Assembly (NCBI GenBank): GCA_002811645.1
Contig: PDIP01000107.1
Span: 1 to 63,448, forward strand
DNA length: 63,448 nucleotides
Source: Corallochytrium limacisporum Hawaii
Lineage: Eukaryota > Protista > Pluriformea
Reading direction: 5' to 3'
This document shows, piece after piece, positions 30,085 to 40,335 of this stretch; the first letter of the stretch is position 1, and each line of letters begins with the position of its first letter. The notes beneath the pieces were generated by a model that worked only from the letters and a program-made list of their open reading frames with translations, did no database searches and was not told the origin of the DNA. Made by a program: the position numbers and the translations under genes.

Positions 30085-32880
30085 TCACTGATGAATGTAC
30101 ATCGATGATTGAACCCTGGGACAAGGCCTTCGGGGGAAGATGCGCAAGGCCCCTTGGTTCAGAAGCAGGCCGTCTACCTGCAGATCCTCGATCAATTTGT
30201 CGAGCTGAACGTAGAGACGGTCACGTTGGGAGGCCAGGAAGTACTGGCCCGTTGTCTCGTCACGATTGATGCGGGTGTGTAGGGAGGCGCCTTGATAGCG
30301 CATGGTCATAGTCAAGGCGTTCGGATCATTCTCGCTCTGCCGGATCAAGAAATCACCGTCTTGGCTAAGTGGCGAGTGCAGCAGACCCTCAGCCTGGCTG
30401 CGGGAGATCGGTCCAAAGTACCACGCAAAACCCTGGAGGTCCTGTAGGCCAGGCGCCACGGCGGCGTCTGTGACGTACATGGATTGCTGATGCTGGCCCT
30501 GTTGCTGGTCCGTGGGCCTGGCCAACGGGCTCATATTTCCGGTAAAACCAAGTGCACTCTGTTGTGGAGACTGTGCCATGGTAGCCATATTCAACTGCTG
30601 CAAATGCATGTGGTTTGGTACCGGAGGCATGGTCTGTTGACCACCAGGAACAAAGAAGGACTGCGTATTTCCAGGGGTGCCGCCCTGCATTGGCGCGGTG
30701 GAGCGCATAGTGGACGTATTCTGACCGTAGGGCTGCAATGTAGAGAATGGACCCTGCTGGAATTGCGGTGGTTGTTGATGCTGTTGCTGCATTGTCATCA
30801 TCATGGATGGTGGTGGTGCCGTGGACGACAGATTAATGTTCCTGTTGCTGCGCTGGTCCAAGGTCTTGGTCTCCCGATCTACTACTGGGGGTCCCTTGCC
30901 TAGCTCCAGGGACTCTGGGGTGATCTCGTCGTTCTGGTACAGCTGATCCTTCGTTTGCAGCGCAGGCATCTGGCCATCGATGGCCTGTTGGTTAGTGTAC
31001 AAATTGCTGTTAGGTGTACACTGACCCGGCGCAGGTGTCGATGAAGGCGTTTGCGGCTGCGACGTCGTCGCACCTTGTTGCCGTGCGATTGCTTCGCGTA
31101 GATTGGCAATGGCCGCCTCATCGGTTGCAGCTCCCGAGACCGAAGAGGCTCCGGTCACCGAAGGCGCAGCAGTCTGCGATGGAGTTTCAACAGGAGAGCT
31201 GCGCCGGCAAGCCTCCAGATCTGCTGCCTTGCGTGCCTGGGTAATGGATTCCTGCATCTGCATCTGCGCCATGTCTCGCTCGATTAGAGTAAGGATAGTA
31301 TTGTCCTGCAGCCGGTCGGTGGCGTGGTCGATGCTTTGCTGCCCAGTGTCGCCGAAGACGAGATTCTTGTACACTGCTGGCGCCTTGGGTGGCCGAGGAG
31401 GAGGGGCACTACCGGCAGTGAACGATCCGGCGCCACTGGTGGCGAAGCTCGTCACATCTTCGGTACCGTAGGGATCGCTCTTGAATGACGAAGTCATAGA
31501 TGAATGTGACTGGGGAACTGAGCCCGCATCATCAACTATGCATAGTGGTGTTGCGATGACCAATTCATGCTCCGTCGGTCCCGGCGAGCGCTGACTACCG
31601 ACGCTGCCCCGGCTATTGAACGATGTCCGTTCCCTCGAAAGCGCCTGCTGCAATTGACTGGTTGTGTACACTATATCCCCATCACAGCGCATAATGATTT
31701 CGCCGACCCGCACACTACCGAACCACCAACGATTGTTCAGTGCCTCGATCTTGAGACCCATTTCACTCTGTGTCACCAAGAGGCCATTGATGTCCGTCGC
31801 TTCCCGGTTTCCCGCCAGTTCTTTGAGAGTGGTGTCGTCGCTGGTAACATTTGAAGGCGCCGGATTCCGCATTGTGGGCGGCGACGACTCTGTCTCGGTG
31901 ATGGACCGAGTCTGCTCTGCCATCTGCTGTTCGATCATATTCCCGGTTTCACCACCAGTGTCCTCGGCATCCTCAGTAATCGACTCGGTCAGGTGGCTCA
32001 CCATCACCGAACGCAGCTGCATCGCTCGGCGGACGTCGATACGGATGCTACTGCGGTCACTGGCGTCCCTTAATGCTTGCTGAAAGGCGTCAAGGTTCTT
32101 TACCGGCACCTCGTTTACCGCAGTCATGAGATCACCCGGCATCGCCCCACTTTTGGCACCTATCGACCCAGGTTCTATGCTTGCAATACGCAGTTTCCGT
32201 GCGTCCTCAATCTCAAAGCCCAAACAGTAGTCCTCTCCCTTCGGAGGTAGGCAGAGGGTGATATGTGTGTGAAATACGCGGGAGTTACGTCTCTGCATTG
32301 TCTCTTCCTCTTCGCCGGACTTCTGTAGTGTTGGGGTTGTGGGTACCGGTACTGGTGCGCTTTGTGGCGCAGATGATCCATTGGGACCCCTGTTTTGCAT
32401 CGATTGATCCGCAGCGCCCTGCGTCAGTTCCGACACCGAGAACGTTTGACCCTTCGGTCCGTTGCTACTGTTTTTCATTGTCCGCTGCTCGCTGATTTCC
32501 CGCAGACGTGTGTTGAGCTGTTTCATGAGCGCCTCGAAGATCTGTTTCCGTCTCTCTTTCTTACCCTTGAGGGACAACACGTTTTTCAACCTACATGACA
32601 GTATCATTGGGTTGTCCGCGGCATCCGAATTCTCCTGCACCAGACTCACATTGATATTGAATAGAACCTTGTCGATCTCGGGTATGCTTCGTGCCTGGCT
32701 ACCTGTAACTGGGGCTCTTACACTCTTAGCATTGCTGAGCTCAAATTCATTACCGGACGATGAAAAATTGATCCCATTTTTGTTTGCCAGGGTAGCAAGC
32801 ACCTGCGACACGTCAGATGTTGACAGATTCGACTGCAGCGTTATTCTTGCCGCCGAAGCGTTTGGAAAGGTCAACATCAT
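30085..32880 (-). CDS. Signalling adaptor: KA1-like N-terminal domain, PDZ plus a degenerate PDZ, Gln/Pro-rich linker, C-terminal SH2
   Basis: PDZ: LGFEI..LRIASIEPGSIGAKSGAMPGD.MTAVN. SH2: WYFGPISRSQAEGLL..DGDFLIRQS. The KA1 resemblance is by eye only. Confidence 0.88.
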   Translation of the reverse strand: MMLTFPNASAARITLQSNLSTSDVSQVLATLANKNGINFSSSGNEFELSNAKSVRAPVTGSQARSIPEIDKVLFNINVSLVQENSDAADNPMILSCRLKNVLSLKGKKERRKQIFEALMKQLNTRLREISEQRTMKNSSNGPKGQTFSVSELTQGAADQSMQNRGPNGSSAPQSAPVPVPTTPTLQKSGEEEETMQRRNSRVFHTHITLCLPPKGEDYCLGFEIEDARKLRIASIEPGSIGAKSGAMPGDLMTAVNEVPVKNLDAFQQALRDASDRSSIRIDVRRAMQLRSVMVSHLTESITEDAEDTGGETGNMIEQQMAEQTRSITETESSPPTMRNPAPSNVTSDDTTLKELAGNREATDINGLLVTQSEMGLKIEALNNRWWFGSVRVGEIIMRCDGDIVYTTSQLQQALSRERTSFNSRGSVGSQRSPGPTEHELVIATPLCIVDDAGSVPQSHSSMTSSFKSDPYGTEDVTSFATSGAGSFTAGSAPPPRPPKAPAVYKNLVFGDTGQQSIDHATDRLQDNTILTLIERDMAQMQMQESITQARKAADLEACRRSSPVETPSQTAAPSVTGASSVSGAATDEAAIANLREAIARQQGATTSQPQTPSSTPAPGQCTPNSNLYTNQQAIDGQMPALQTKDQLYQNDEITPESLELGKGPPVVDRETKTLDQRSNRNINLSSTAPPPSMMMTMQQQHQQPPQFQQGPFSTLQPYGQNTSTMRSTAPMQGGTPGNTQSFFVPGGQQTMPPVPNHMHLQQLNMATMAQSPQQSALGFTGNMSPLARPTDQQQGQHQQSMYVTDAAVAPGLQDLQGFAWYFGPISRSQAEGLLHSPLSQDGDFLIRQSENDPNALTMTMRYQGASLHTRINRDETTGQYFLASQRDRLYVQLDKLIEDLQVDGLLLNQGALRIFPRRPCPRVQSSMYIHQ

Positions 32881-33717
32881 GTCTACTATGAAGTCATGAT
32901 TGAGGTTCCGATCCTGTTCTCCTCTCTATGTTAACCAATTGTATTATTTGGTCAAGGTTCTTGATTTCTTACTCAGCTTACCATGGTTACTTCATTGGTT
33001 GCTCTGTGTATTCAGTCCGTGGGTCGCACCCATATACCGGTAGTTCACGCGATGCACAGACCGTTATTCAGTGCTAAGGTTTTCTGTTCTCCTTGAGCCT
33101 TAGTGACAATATTAGATCTCTTACAAGCCCAACATACCTTTGCATTGGCAACTGAACGAAACCATAACAGAGGACATAAAGAGAGTAAGTAAACGCACAA
33201 TCACCAACAGACTCATCAGATCTTGCCTTCCTCAGCCTTCCGGGCCCCTCCGCTCCCCCAATTGGTCTCACTCCCCGGTGCCTCCCATTTCTCTCTCATT
33301 TTGTTGCCCAGTCGGCTCGACGTGAGTGTTTGCCTGCCCTGTCCTCCCCTTCTGTCTTTCCTTTTCCGGGGAACCAAGCGAGGGGAGTCTACAAAAGAAA
33401 GAAAAAAGAAAAGGAACGGGCAAAGCAGCGGCGGAGAGAGCGAGAGGGGGAGGGGGAAGGAGAGAAGTATAAAAAACTGAGGTTCTCATCCGTTTTCTGG
33501 TCCTTCTCTTGGGTATGGTATGTGCCTGAGGTACCCATTCGTGGAGTACCGGTGGTGGTGGCCGGTGGTCTCTCCCCTTCCCCTCCCCCCGGTCCCCTGT
33601 GACCGTCGGAGACACACGCATTCTTCCCTTCTCCCTCCTCCCCACACACGCGCAGTAGGTCGCCCCGCGCCCTGAAACTCCTCCAATTTTTCCCTGAGGG
33701 GGGGCTTTTTTATCCCC

Positions 33718-33720
<3 letters not shown>

Positions 33721-33763
<43 letters not shown>
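33721..33763. repeat. (TC)n microsatellite
   Basis: About 21 TC units. Confidence 0.95.
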
Positions 33764-33766
<3 letters not shown>

Positions 33767-34814
33767 CGATCTCTCTCTCCCCCGTCGTCTTTTTAGCACC
33801 GCTCTACCACCACCCCGTCCCTCCCAAGACCCCCTTCCTCCCGCCACCGTGGCTCCCCACCGGCGCGGCCGGGGGGTGATGGGGGTTGGCGGGGAGGCGA
33901 GGCAATAGAGCCCCGGGGAGAGGGGGGGATCAAGCCCTGAGGAAAATGGACATTTTTTTCTCTTTTTCCTTTTTTTTCTTTTCTTTTGGATTGTGTCAGA
34001 GCCACCGGGGCCCCCGACGATTTGGCAGTACGCGAGGGCGCTGCGGTAGCCGAAGACCGGGAAAATTTGCCCCAGTCACCTACGAACGCTAAGCCTCGGT
34101 GGAGGGAGTGGTGAGGTAGGCCTCCGGTCACGAGGATTGCTGCTTTTTTTTTCCTTTTCGTGCGGTTGAATTTCCTTATTACTTTCTAAGCAGAAAATCA
34201 GACCCAAGGGAGTTTGGGGGGGGGGGGCCGGAGAGCATTTCTCAGCGGGTGCGCCTTACCCTGCTCTGGCTCATTGTTGCCCCCGGCCTCTTGGGAGGAG
34301 GGGGGTGGGCAAAGCGTCTTGTCTTTCTTTCGTGCTTGGGGGTTCCCTTCGGAGCGCAAACGAAACTTTCTGGTCAGGGCGTTTCTATCTTTTTCAGATT
34401 GCGCTGCCAAGGCTTGGGTGTATTGCACGCACGCAAGAGGTGTGTTCTGACAGTTGTATTTTACTCTCGAGCATCCTCGGGTGTGGAGTGATGGGAGCGA
34501 TGAAGAGATGACCGGCTTGTTTTCATGAATTAGGGATGGTGTGTAGGTAGCAGTGCGGACCCGAAGCACACGATTCTCCGAGGGTAAAACGATGATTGGC
34601 CGGCACAAGCGTGTGATCTTCAACGCCTGATGCTCCATGTGTTCTAGAACAGCGCTACGTATTACACTCCGCCCAAGTTCCTAGTTGCTGTCATGGTCAT
34701 GCTAAGCGGGCCTTTGCACGGGGATTGACGGGAATGATGCAAAACAAAGCGGACGTCGGGATGATCTCAGGTCGTTCGCAAAGACACTTTGCCGGGCCTT
34801 GCCTACAACGCAAA

Positions 34815-35125
34815 CCCCCCCCCCCCTTGGGGGGGGGCGGGGGCCCACATTCCTTGACCGCAGGGGGATGTTGTGTACACGCCCAAGTGACTGCAGATTT
34901 CTGATCAAACGACTGCAAAACCCGCAGCGATCAATGTGTAACATATTAATGACACTGAACTGTCTATTGATTCGTTAAATCAACATTGTTTAGTATATAG
35001 CAAATGGGTAATGAATAAAATCAAAAACAATAAACACAATCAAATACTGAATGTACCATGAGTGGGAAAATAGACTCCCAGAAAAGTTCACCAGCGCCTC
35101 CCCTTCGAAACTGCCCCCCGGGGGG
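34815..35125. promoter_or_regulatory. C12TTG9 and C6G6 blocks upstream of MRPL46
   Basis: Seen at 34815-34837 and 35114-35125; the second is ~405 bp from the ATG at 35532. Confidence 0.35.
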
Positions 35126-35531
35126 CGGTGTGCCTGAAGGCGAGACACATGGGGGGCGCGTATCTGGAGTAAGCTGGAATGGCAACAACCAGGGGACAAG
35201 ACGAACATGGTGGAAACCGTCAAACCTGGGACAGTGCTTCAGGACAGAAACCGGTACATCGATTTGAATCCTCTCTTTGGTCTTTTAGGACTTTTTACTC
35301 GATATTCACAATGCTGTCGTTTCATCCTGGTCCAGAAGGATATATAGGTACTTGTTAGTGGCAGAGTTTCTAACTGCAGCGCGAGATCCGTATTGGAAGA
35401 GAGCGCATGAAGGTTTGATGTTCAGTTGCTGTATTCGAATAGATCATGAAGAGTCGGTAAGGCTCAAAACCGCATACGTACAGTAAAGAAATCGAAGAGT
35501 AATATTAACCTAGTAGAGCAGTTGTTTGGAT

Positions 35532-36932
35532 ATGATGCTCACACGGGCAGTTGCTTCCCAGTCGAGTCGGTCGACTGGTGGCCTACTAGCGGCACGCTCC
35601 ATGGCCATGGGACTGTTCAGCCGCAGCAGAAACTACACATCGTCCACGGCGAACCAACGGAATGAAGATAAAGGCCGTCAAACTCCGCGGCCGCCGGCCC
35701 GGGCGAAGCTGGCGCAACAGTCAAGCAAGGTTGGCAGGGCTGCCGCCCCTGAGCTGGACCTCGACCCCAAACTGCCGCATGTGCCACCCATGAAGGAGAT
35801 GGGACTCCGTGACGGCAAGCACCCTGCGGAATGGAATGCCGTGCATGAAGAATTGCTTGGATACGGCGCGAATCCTATGTTCTTTGACGTTGAGGACCGC
35901 CGGATAAGGGCGGAGGACGACCGAGAAGCCTGGGCCTTCAACAACATTCCCGCACCAAAGGCCAAGGACACACGCCGGCGCGAGCCTCTGCAGGATCGTC
36001 AAGTAGCCATGGTCAACCGGCTCTACGAATCGAAACCTATGGGCTTTCCGCACCGCATTCGTGTTGGCGTCCTGGTTGAAAGACCACAGGTCATTACACA
36101 AGAGCTCCTGGAGTGGGAGAAGGAATACGAAGAGTTCCAAAGATCTGTAGATGAATACCCGGGTAACACGATGCCCACGCTAATCCAAGCTTACAAAGCG
36201 GTTGGCCCCGAACTCGTTATCGAGCGCACGGTCAACCGGCGCCGCAAGGAGCGCATGGTCGAAATCTACGAACCTGCGCCCCGCGACACCGAGGCTGACC
36301 GCAAAGGCGACCAAACAACGCAGTGGCGGAAGCTGGACCAAATGCTTTACCTTTTTGTGAAACAAAAGGACGGTACGGTCACGCTACCTGCCATTGACTA
36401 CATCCCGGGGAAGGAGCTGCATATTGTTGCACGGGAATGCATGCGTGAACATTTTGGGGAGGACTTTTACGACAACGTTAAGCGTTTGTGGTATATGAGC
36501 CCGGCACCGGATGCAATGCTTCAACACGACTTTAAGAATGCGGACAAGGATGGCTACACCGGTATCAAAACATTCATCCTACGTGCTCGTCTGGTCGACG
36601 TACGTCGTCACTTCCCGTCAACTTCGAAGCCTGTTGGTGGTGAAGAAGCCGCCGGGACCGTAAGAGACCCCTCAAATCCGCTCTGGCTCACCCGCCAGGA
36701 ACTCCAGGAGACACTTGATGCCTCTCTGTGGTCTGAGTTGGAACCCTCGCTCCTGACTACGCGCATCACCGCCGGCATTGGGCGGTCCTTAGCTCCGGAG
36801 CCGTACGGTGAACGGGAGAAGACCGCCGAGGAGCTCCGTGCAGAAAACATTGAGCGCAACAAACTGTTGGCCGAACTGCGCAAGAAGATGTCCAAAAAGA
36901 CTGGCAAGCAGCAAAAGGGCAAGAAGAAGTAA
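35532..36932 (+). CDS. MRPL46: Mitochondrial large ribosomal subunit protein mL46
   Basis: Presequence-like N-terminus, IRVGVLVERPQVIT.EL..WEKEY, PAPR.TEAD..GD.....RKLD..LYL.VK, Nudix-like C-terminal half. First ATG at 35532. Confidence 0.85.
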   Translation: MMLTRAVASQSSRSTGGLLAARSMAMGLFSRSRNYTSSTANQRNEDKGRQTPRPPARAKLAQQSSKVGRAAAPELDLDPKLPHVPPMKEMGLRDGKHPAEWNAVHEELLGYGANPMFFDVEDRRIRAEDDREAWAFNNIPAPKAKDTRRREPLQDRQVAMVNRLYESKPMGFPHRIRVGVLVERPQVITQELLEWEKEYEEFQRSVDEYPGNTMPTLIQAYKAVGPELVIERTVNRRRKERMVEIYEPAPRDTEADRKGDQTTQWRKLDQMLYLFVKQKDGTVTLPAIDYIPGKELHIVARECMREHFGEDFYDNVKRLWYMSPAPDAMLQHDFKNADKDGYTGIKTFILRARLVDVRRHFPSTSKPVGGEEAAGTVRDPSNPLWLTRQELQETLDASLWSELEPSLLTTRITAGIGRSLAPEPYGEREKTAEELRAENIERNKLLAELRKKMSKKTGKQQKGKKK

Positions 36933-37100
36933 ACTTCTTCTCTTGTAAACATAGTAGTACACCAGGTATGGTTTCATGGTAGACTTATTCTCATTCAAAT
37001 TTGATGTCAAGTGTGCTGTAATGAAATTCTTCTGTTGTTGTGCCCATGCATTGTTGCATGCATAGAATTGGGCGATCAAAATGAAACAAATCGCTTAGAG

Positions 37101-38438
37101 TCATGCGGCGCTTGCGACCTCCTCTGCCTCGTCCCGGGTGGAAAGTGGGATCCAGCCCTTGTTTGCCAACCACTTCTTAGACATGCGCCTGCGCATGAAG
37201 ACCAAGATACAGAGGCCTCCGGCTGACATACCCACGACAAACAAAAGAGCGCCGTACAAGGCGCTAGCCAACCCCGAGCTGCCCTTTGTGCTGGGATTTG
37301 AGTAGATCCAGCCGTTCGGAACGTATGGCTCGCCACCATTGGATCCTGGGAAAGCTATATTTGCGCCAAGATGCTTGATAGCCGCCCGCTTGCGTCGCAG
37401 CGTGGTCGTATACATGTCATGACCGTCGGTGCCCACAAAGTTCGCAAAAATCCGCTCATGGTCAATATTGAAGCGCATGAAACCTTCGGTGGAGGTCTGG
37501 TACAGTTTCAAGCTATTCGTTGGCTTCTCAGCTTTAATTTTATGCACCTTACCACCACTGCCATTTACTAAATAAGACACGCCGTCCCGCATAAGGTGTT
37601 CCTGCATATGATCATGTCCGCAAAGATAGAAATCGACCTCGTAGTGACTTAAGAGGCCGCCCAGCGGCAAAAGATTCGGAGTGTCACCGTGCTCGCCGAC
37701 CGAGTAGACTGGGTGGTGGCCCACAACCACAACATAATCAGCATCGCATTCAGCCAAGGTACTGTTGATCCAAACCCACTGCTCCTCCACTTCTTCCCGC
37801 ATCTTGGGACTGGACGATTTTGTGAGCGTAGCAATCGGCTCCGTGTCAATAAAGACGGCGTCTAGGGTCACGCGCTTTTTCATGTTCGGGGCATTAAAGT
37901 CAAAGCGCTTTTTGTAGTACCGGTCCGGCATATTCCAACGAGGATTTTTCTGGCTGAACTCTATCTCCGCATGAGGATTTGTATGGTAATCATGGTTGCC
38001 AAGAATGAGCCACCAATTCGCGACTCCAAGTGCATCATCACCGCCATAGATAGAGGCCCAGTCAGATTCAAAGAGAGGATCATCCGCGTCCGTAACACCG
38101 TCGGTGTAGAAATTGTCGCCCAGTCCCCACACAAAACCAATGCTGCCCAACTCCTTCGCCACGTTACGCATACCTTGAGCCACATTCACCTGGATGTCAT
38201 CACTGTTAAGATTTAAAGATCCCCAGTCTCCAACTGCCAGAAAATCATTACTTTGGACCTCGTAGACCGGACCGTCCACGTCTGGGTTGGAAGAAATGAA
38301 CACAGGGTGAATCTGTTGCTGTTCATTGTCGCCTTCCTCTGCCATGGCTTCACCTTCGCCATGTGGTAGTTCATCGGCAGCTTTCGCGAGTCGCGTTGCC
38401 GCGAAGACAACGAGGACCGCAACAGTGCATGTCCTCAT
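37101..38438 (-). CDS. Purple / tartrate-resistant acid phosphatase (ACP5-like), type I membrane protein
   Basis: Signal peptide; GDWG, GDNFY, GNHD, VGHHP, GHDH metal-binding motifs; C-terminal TM helix followed by RRR. Confidence 0.92.
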   Translation of the reverse strand: MRTCTVAVLVVFAATRLAKAADELPHGEGEAMAEEGDNEQQQIHPVFISSNPDVDGPVYEVQSNDFLAVGDWGSLNLNSDDIQVNVAQGMRNVAKELGSIGFVWGLGDNFYTDGVTDADDPLFESDWASIYGGDDALGVANWWLILGNHDYHTNPHAEIEFSQKNPRWNMPDRYYKKRFDFNAPNMKKRVTLDAVFIDTEPIATLTKSSSPKMREEVEEQWVWINSTLAECDADYVVVVGHHPVYSVGEHGDTPNLLPLGGLLSHYEVDFYLCGHDHMQEHLMRDGVSYLVNGSGGKVHKIKAEKPTNSLKLYQTSTEGFMRFNIDHERIFANFVGTDGHDMYTTTLRRKRAAIKHLGANIAFPGSNGGEPYVPNGWIYSNPSTKGSSGLASALYGALLFVVGMSAGGLCILVFMRRRMSKKWLANKGWIPLSTRDEAEEVASAA

Positions 38439-40335
38439 TTGGGTAACCTTTCCTGCTAATCCTATAAGGCTAACTGAACAACGAAATTCTCACTTTTTCA
38501 AATAACTATGTCCCTGCTATTTTCTACGTCATGCTCGGGACGCAACGACACAACTGTTCGTTTGACAAAGAAAATTAAATAGTTAGAGAAAGTCTGAATA
38601 CCGAAATAGCTTATTTATTCCACTTGTACAATGCTTCCCATTGATCCCAGCGAGTCATTGACCTGTACATCAAACCCTCTTCCTCGAACCATAAAGGTAT
38701 GTCGTACGATCTCCAGAGAACACGCGTACTACCCCACGGAACCCTCGACCGAGGCCCAAAGCCCCCCCCCCCGGTGGTGAGGGGGGTTGGACTCGGAGGC
38801 CGAGGGAAGTGGGGGCCCTAACCGCGAAATTGCGGCGGGAGGCGCAGGAAGACAGAGTCTCTCTCTCTCTCTGTGTTTGTGTGCGGAGCGTGGGGGCTTC
38901 TGCGGGCACTGTAAAAACTCCGTGACGTGGCCTACTTTTTCCCGGGTTTCGAAATCTTTCCCTTTTTTTCTCTGGGAAGGCGGGTTGACTCGGCCCTCCC
39001 CCCNNNNNNNNNNNNNNNNNNNNNNNNNNNNNNNNNNNNNNNNNNNNNNNNNNNNNNNNNNNNNNNNNNNNNNNNNNNNNNNNNNNNNNNNNNNNNNNNN
39101 NNNNNNNNNNNNNNNNNNNNNNNNNNNNNNNNNNNNNNNNNNNNNNNNNNNNNNNNNNNNNNNNNNNNNNNNNNNNNNNNNNNNNNNNNNNNNNNNNNNN
39201 NNNNNNNNNNNNNNNNNNNNNNNNNNNNNNNNNNNNNNNNNNNNNNAAAAAAAAACCGCCCCCCCCCCCCCAAACCTTCCCCCCCCCCCCCCCCCCGCGC
39301 GGAGGGGCCTCCCTCCCTCGTCCTTCGTCACCGTGCCCCGGGGCGCTCTCTCTCTCTCTCTCTGTGTCTCTCTCTGTCTTTTTCTTTCCCCCCCCCCCCT
39401 CCCGTGCTCCCAATTCGCGCGCCTGTCCTTAGCTCGCAGTTTGGTTTTTTTTATTTGCCTGCCTGGCTGTGACTGGGGGCGCGCCCAGAATTTAAAAACC
39501 GACCTTTTTTTCCTTCGCTTCTTCGCGGGTGCCCCGTGTGTGTCTCCTTTCGTCGGAGTAAGACCCCCGGGCCTGGGGTAGGGGGTTGGTTGGTTGGTGG
39601 TTTCCCCAATAAAAACTAACCCAAGAAAAAGCCAACCGAAACACCGGCAAAGCCAAAGGAGGACCTCGTGTGCGACGGGGTGGTGGTTGATTGGATGGAA
39701 AGCAAAGAGAATAATAGTAAAACAATTGGAAAAGGAGGGAGAGTCGGGGTTCTTCTTTCTTTGACATTTCCTCTCCGGACCGGACCCTGTGCGCGTTTGG
39801 TAGGCCTTGTTTTTCTTTCATTTTTTTTTATTTTATTTTTCAATTGTTTTCGGCTTTCCGAAGTCTCTTCAGCACCTACTACCGGCGCTCTCTCCCTCGC
39901 TCTGTTGCTCCCGCGCGGACAGTGGTTCTACCGCGGGGAATAAATAGGCCCCCGTATCGGTCACCGGTGTCGGGGGGAATGTAAGAAAATCGCGTCATCC
40001 CCGAAACGCTTGCGCGCTTTCGAAAGCGGGCGCCGGGGCTGCCCAAAAAGAAAAAAGGGGGGGGGGTCCGATCGGGGCACGGCAGAGGGCCCCCCGAGGG
40101 GCCAGAATGGAGCGGACACACAGGGTGGGTGGGCATTTGGGGAACACGGAGAACGACGCGAGCGGATGATCTGGAACTTACATGGCTAGGGGATCTTTCT
40201 TACTCCATTCTTTTTTGGGGCTTTTTTTACTGGACGTTGAAGATTTTGGAACTAAAGTAAAGGTGGGCAGGCGTTGATGCTCATCCCGGAGAGATAGATT
40301 GGGGCGGGTTGACCACGGCCACCAGAAGGCGTTTT

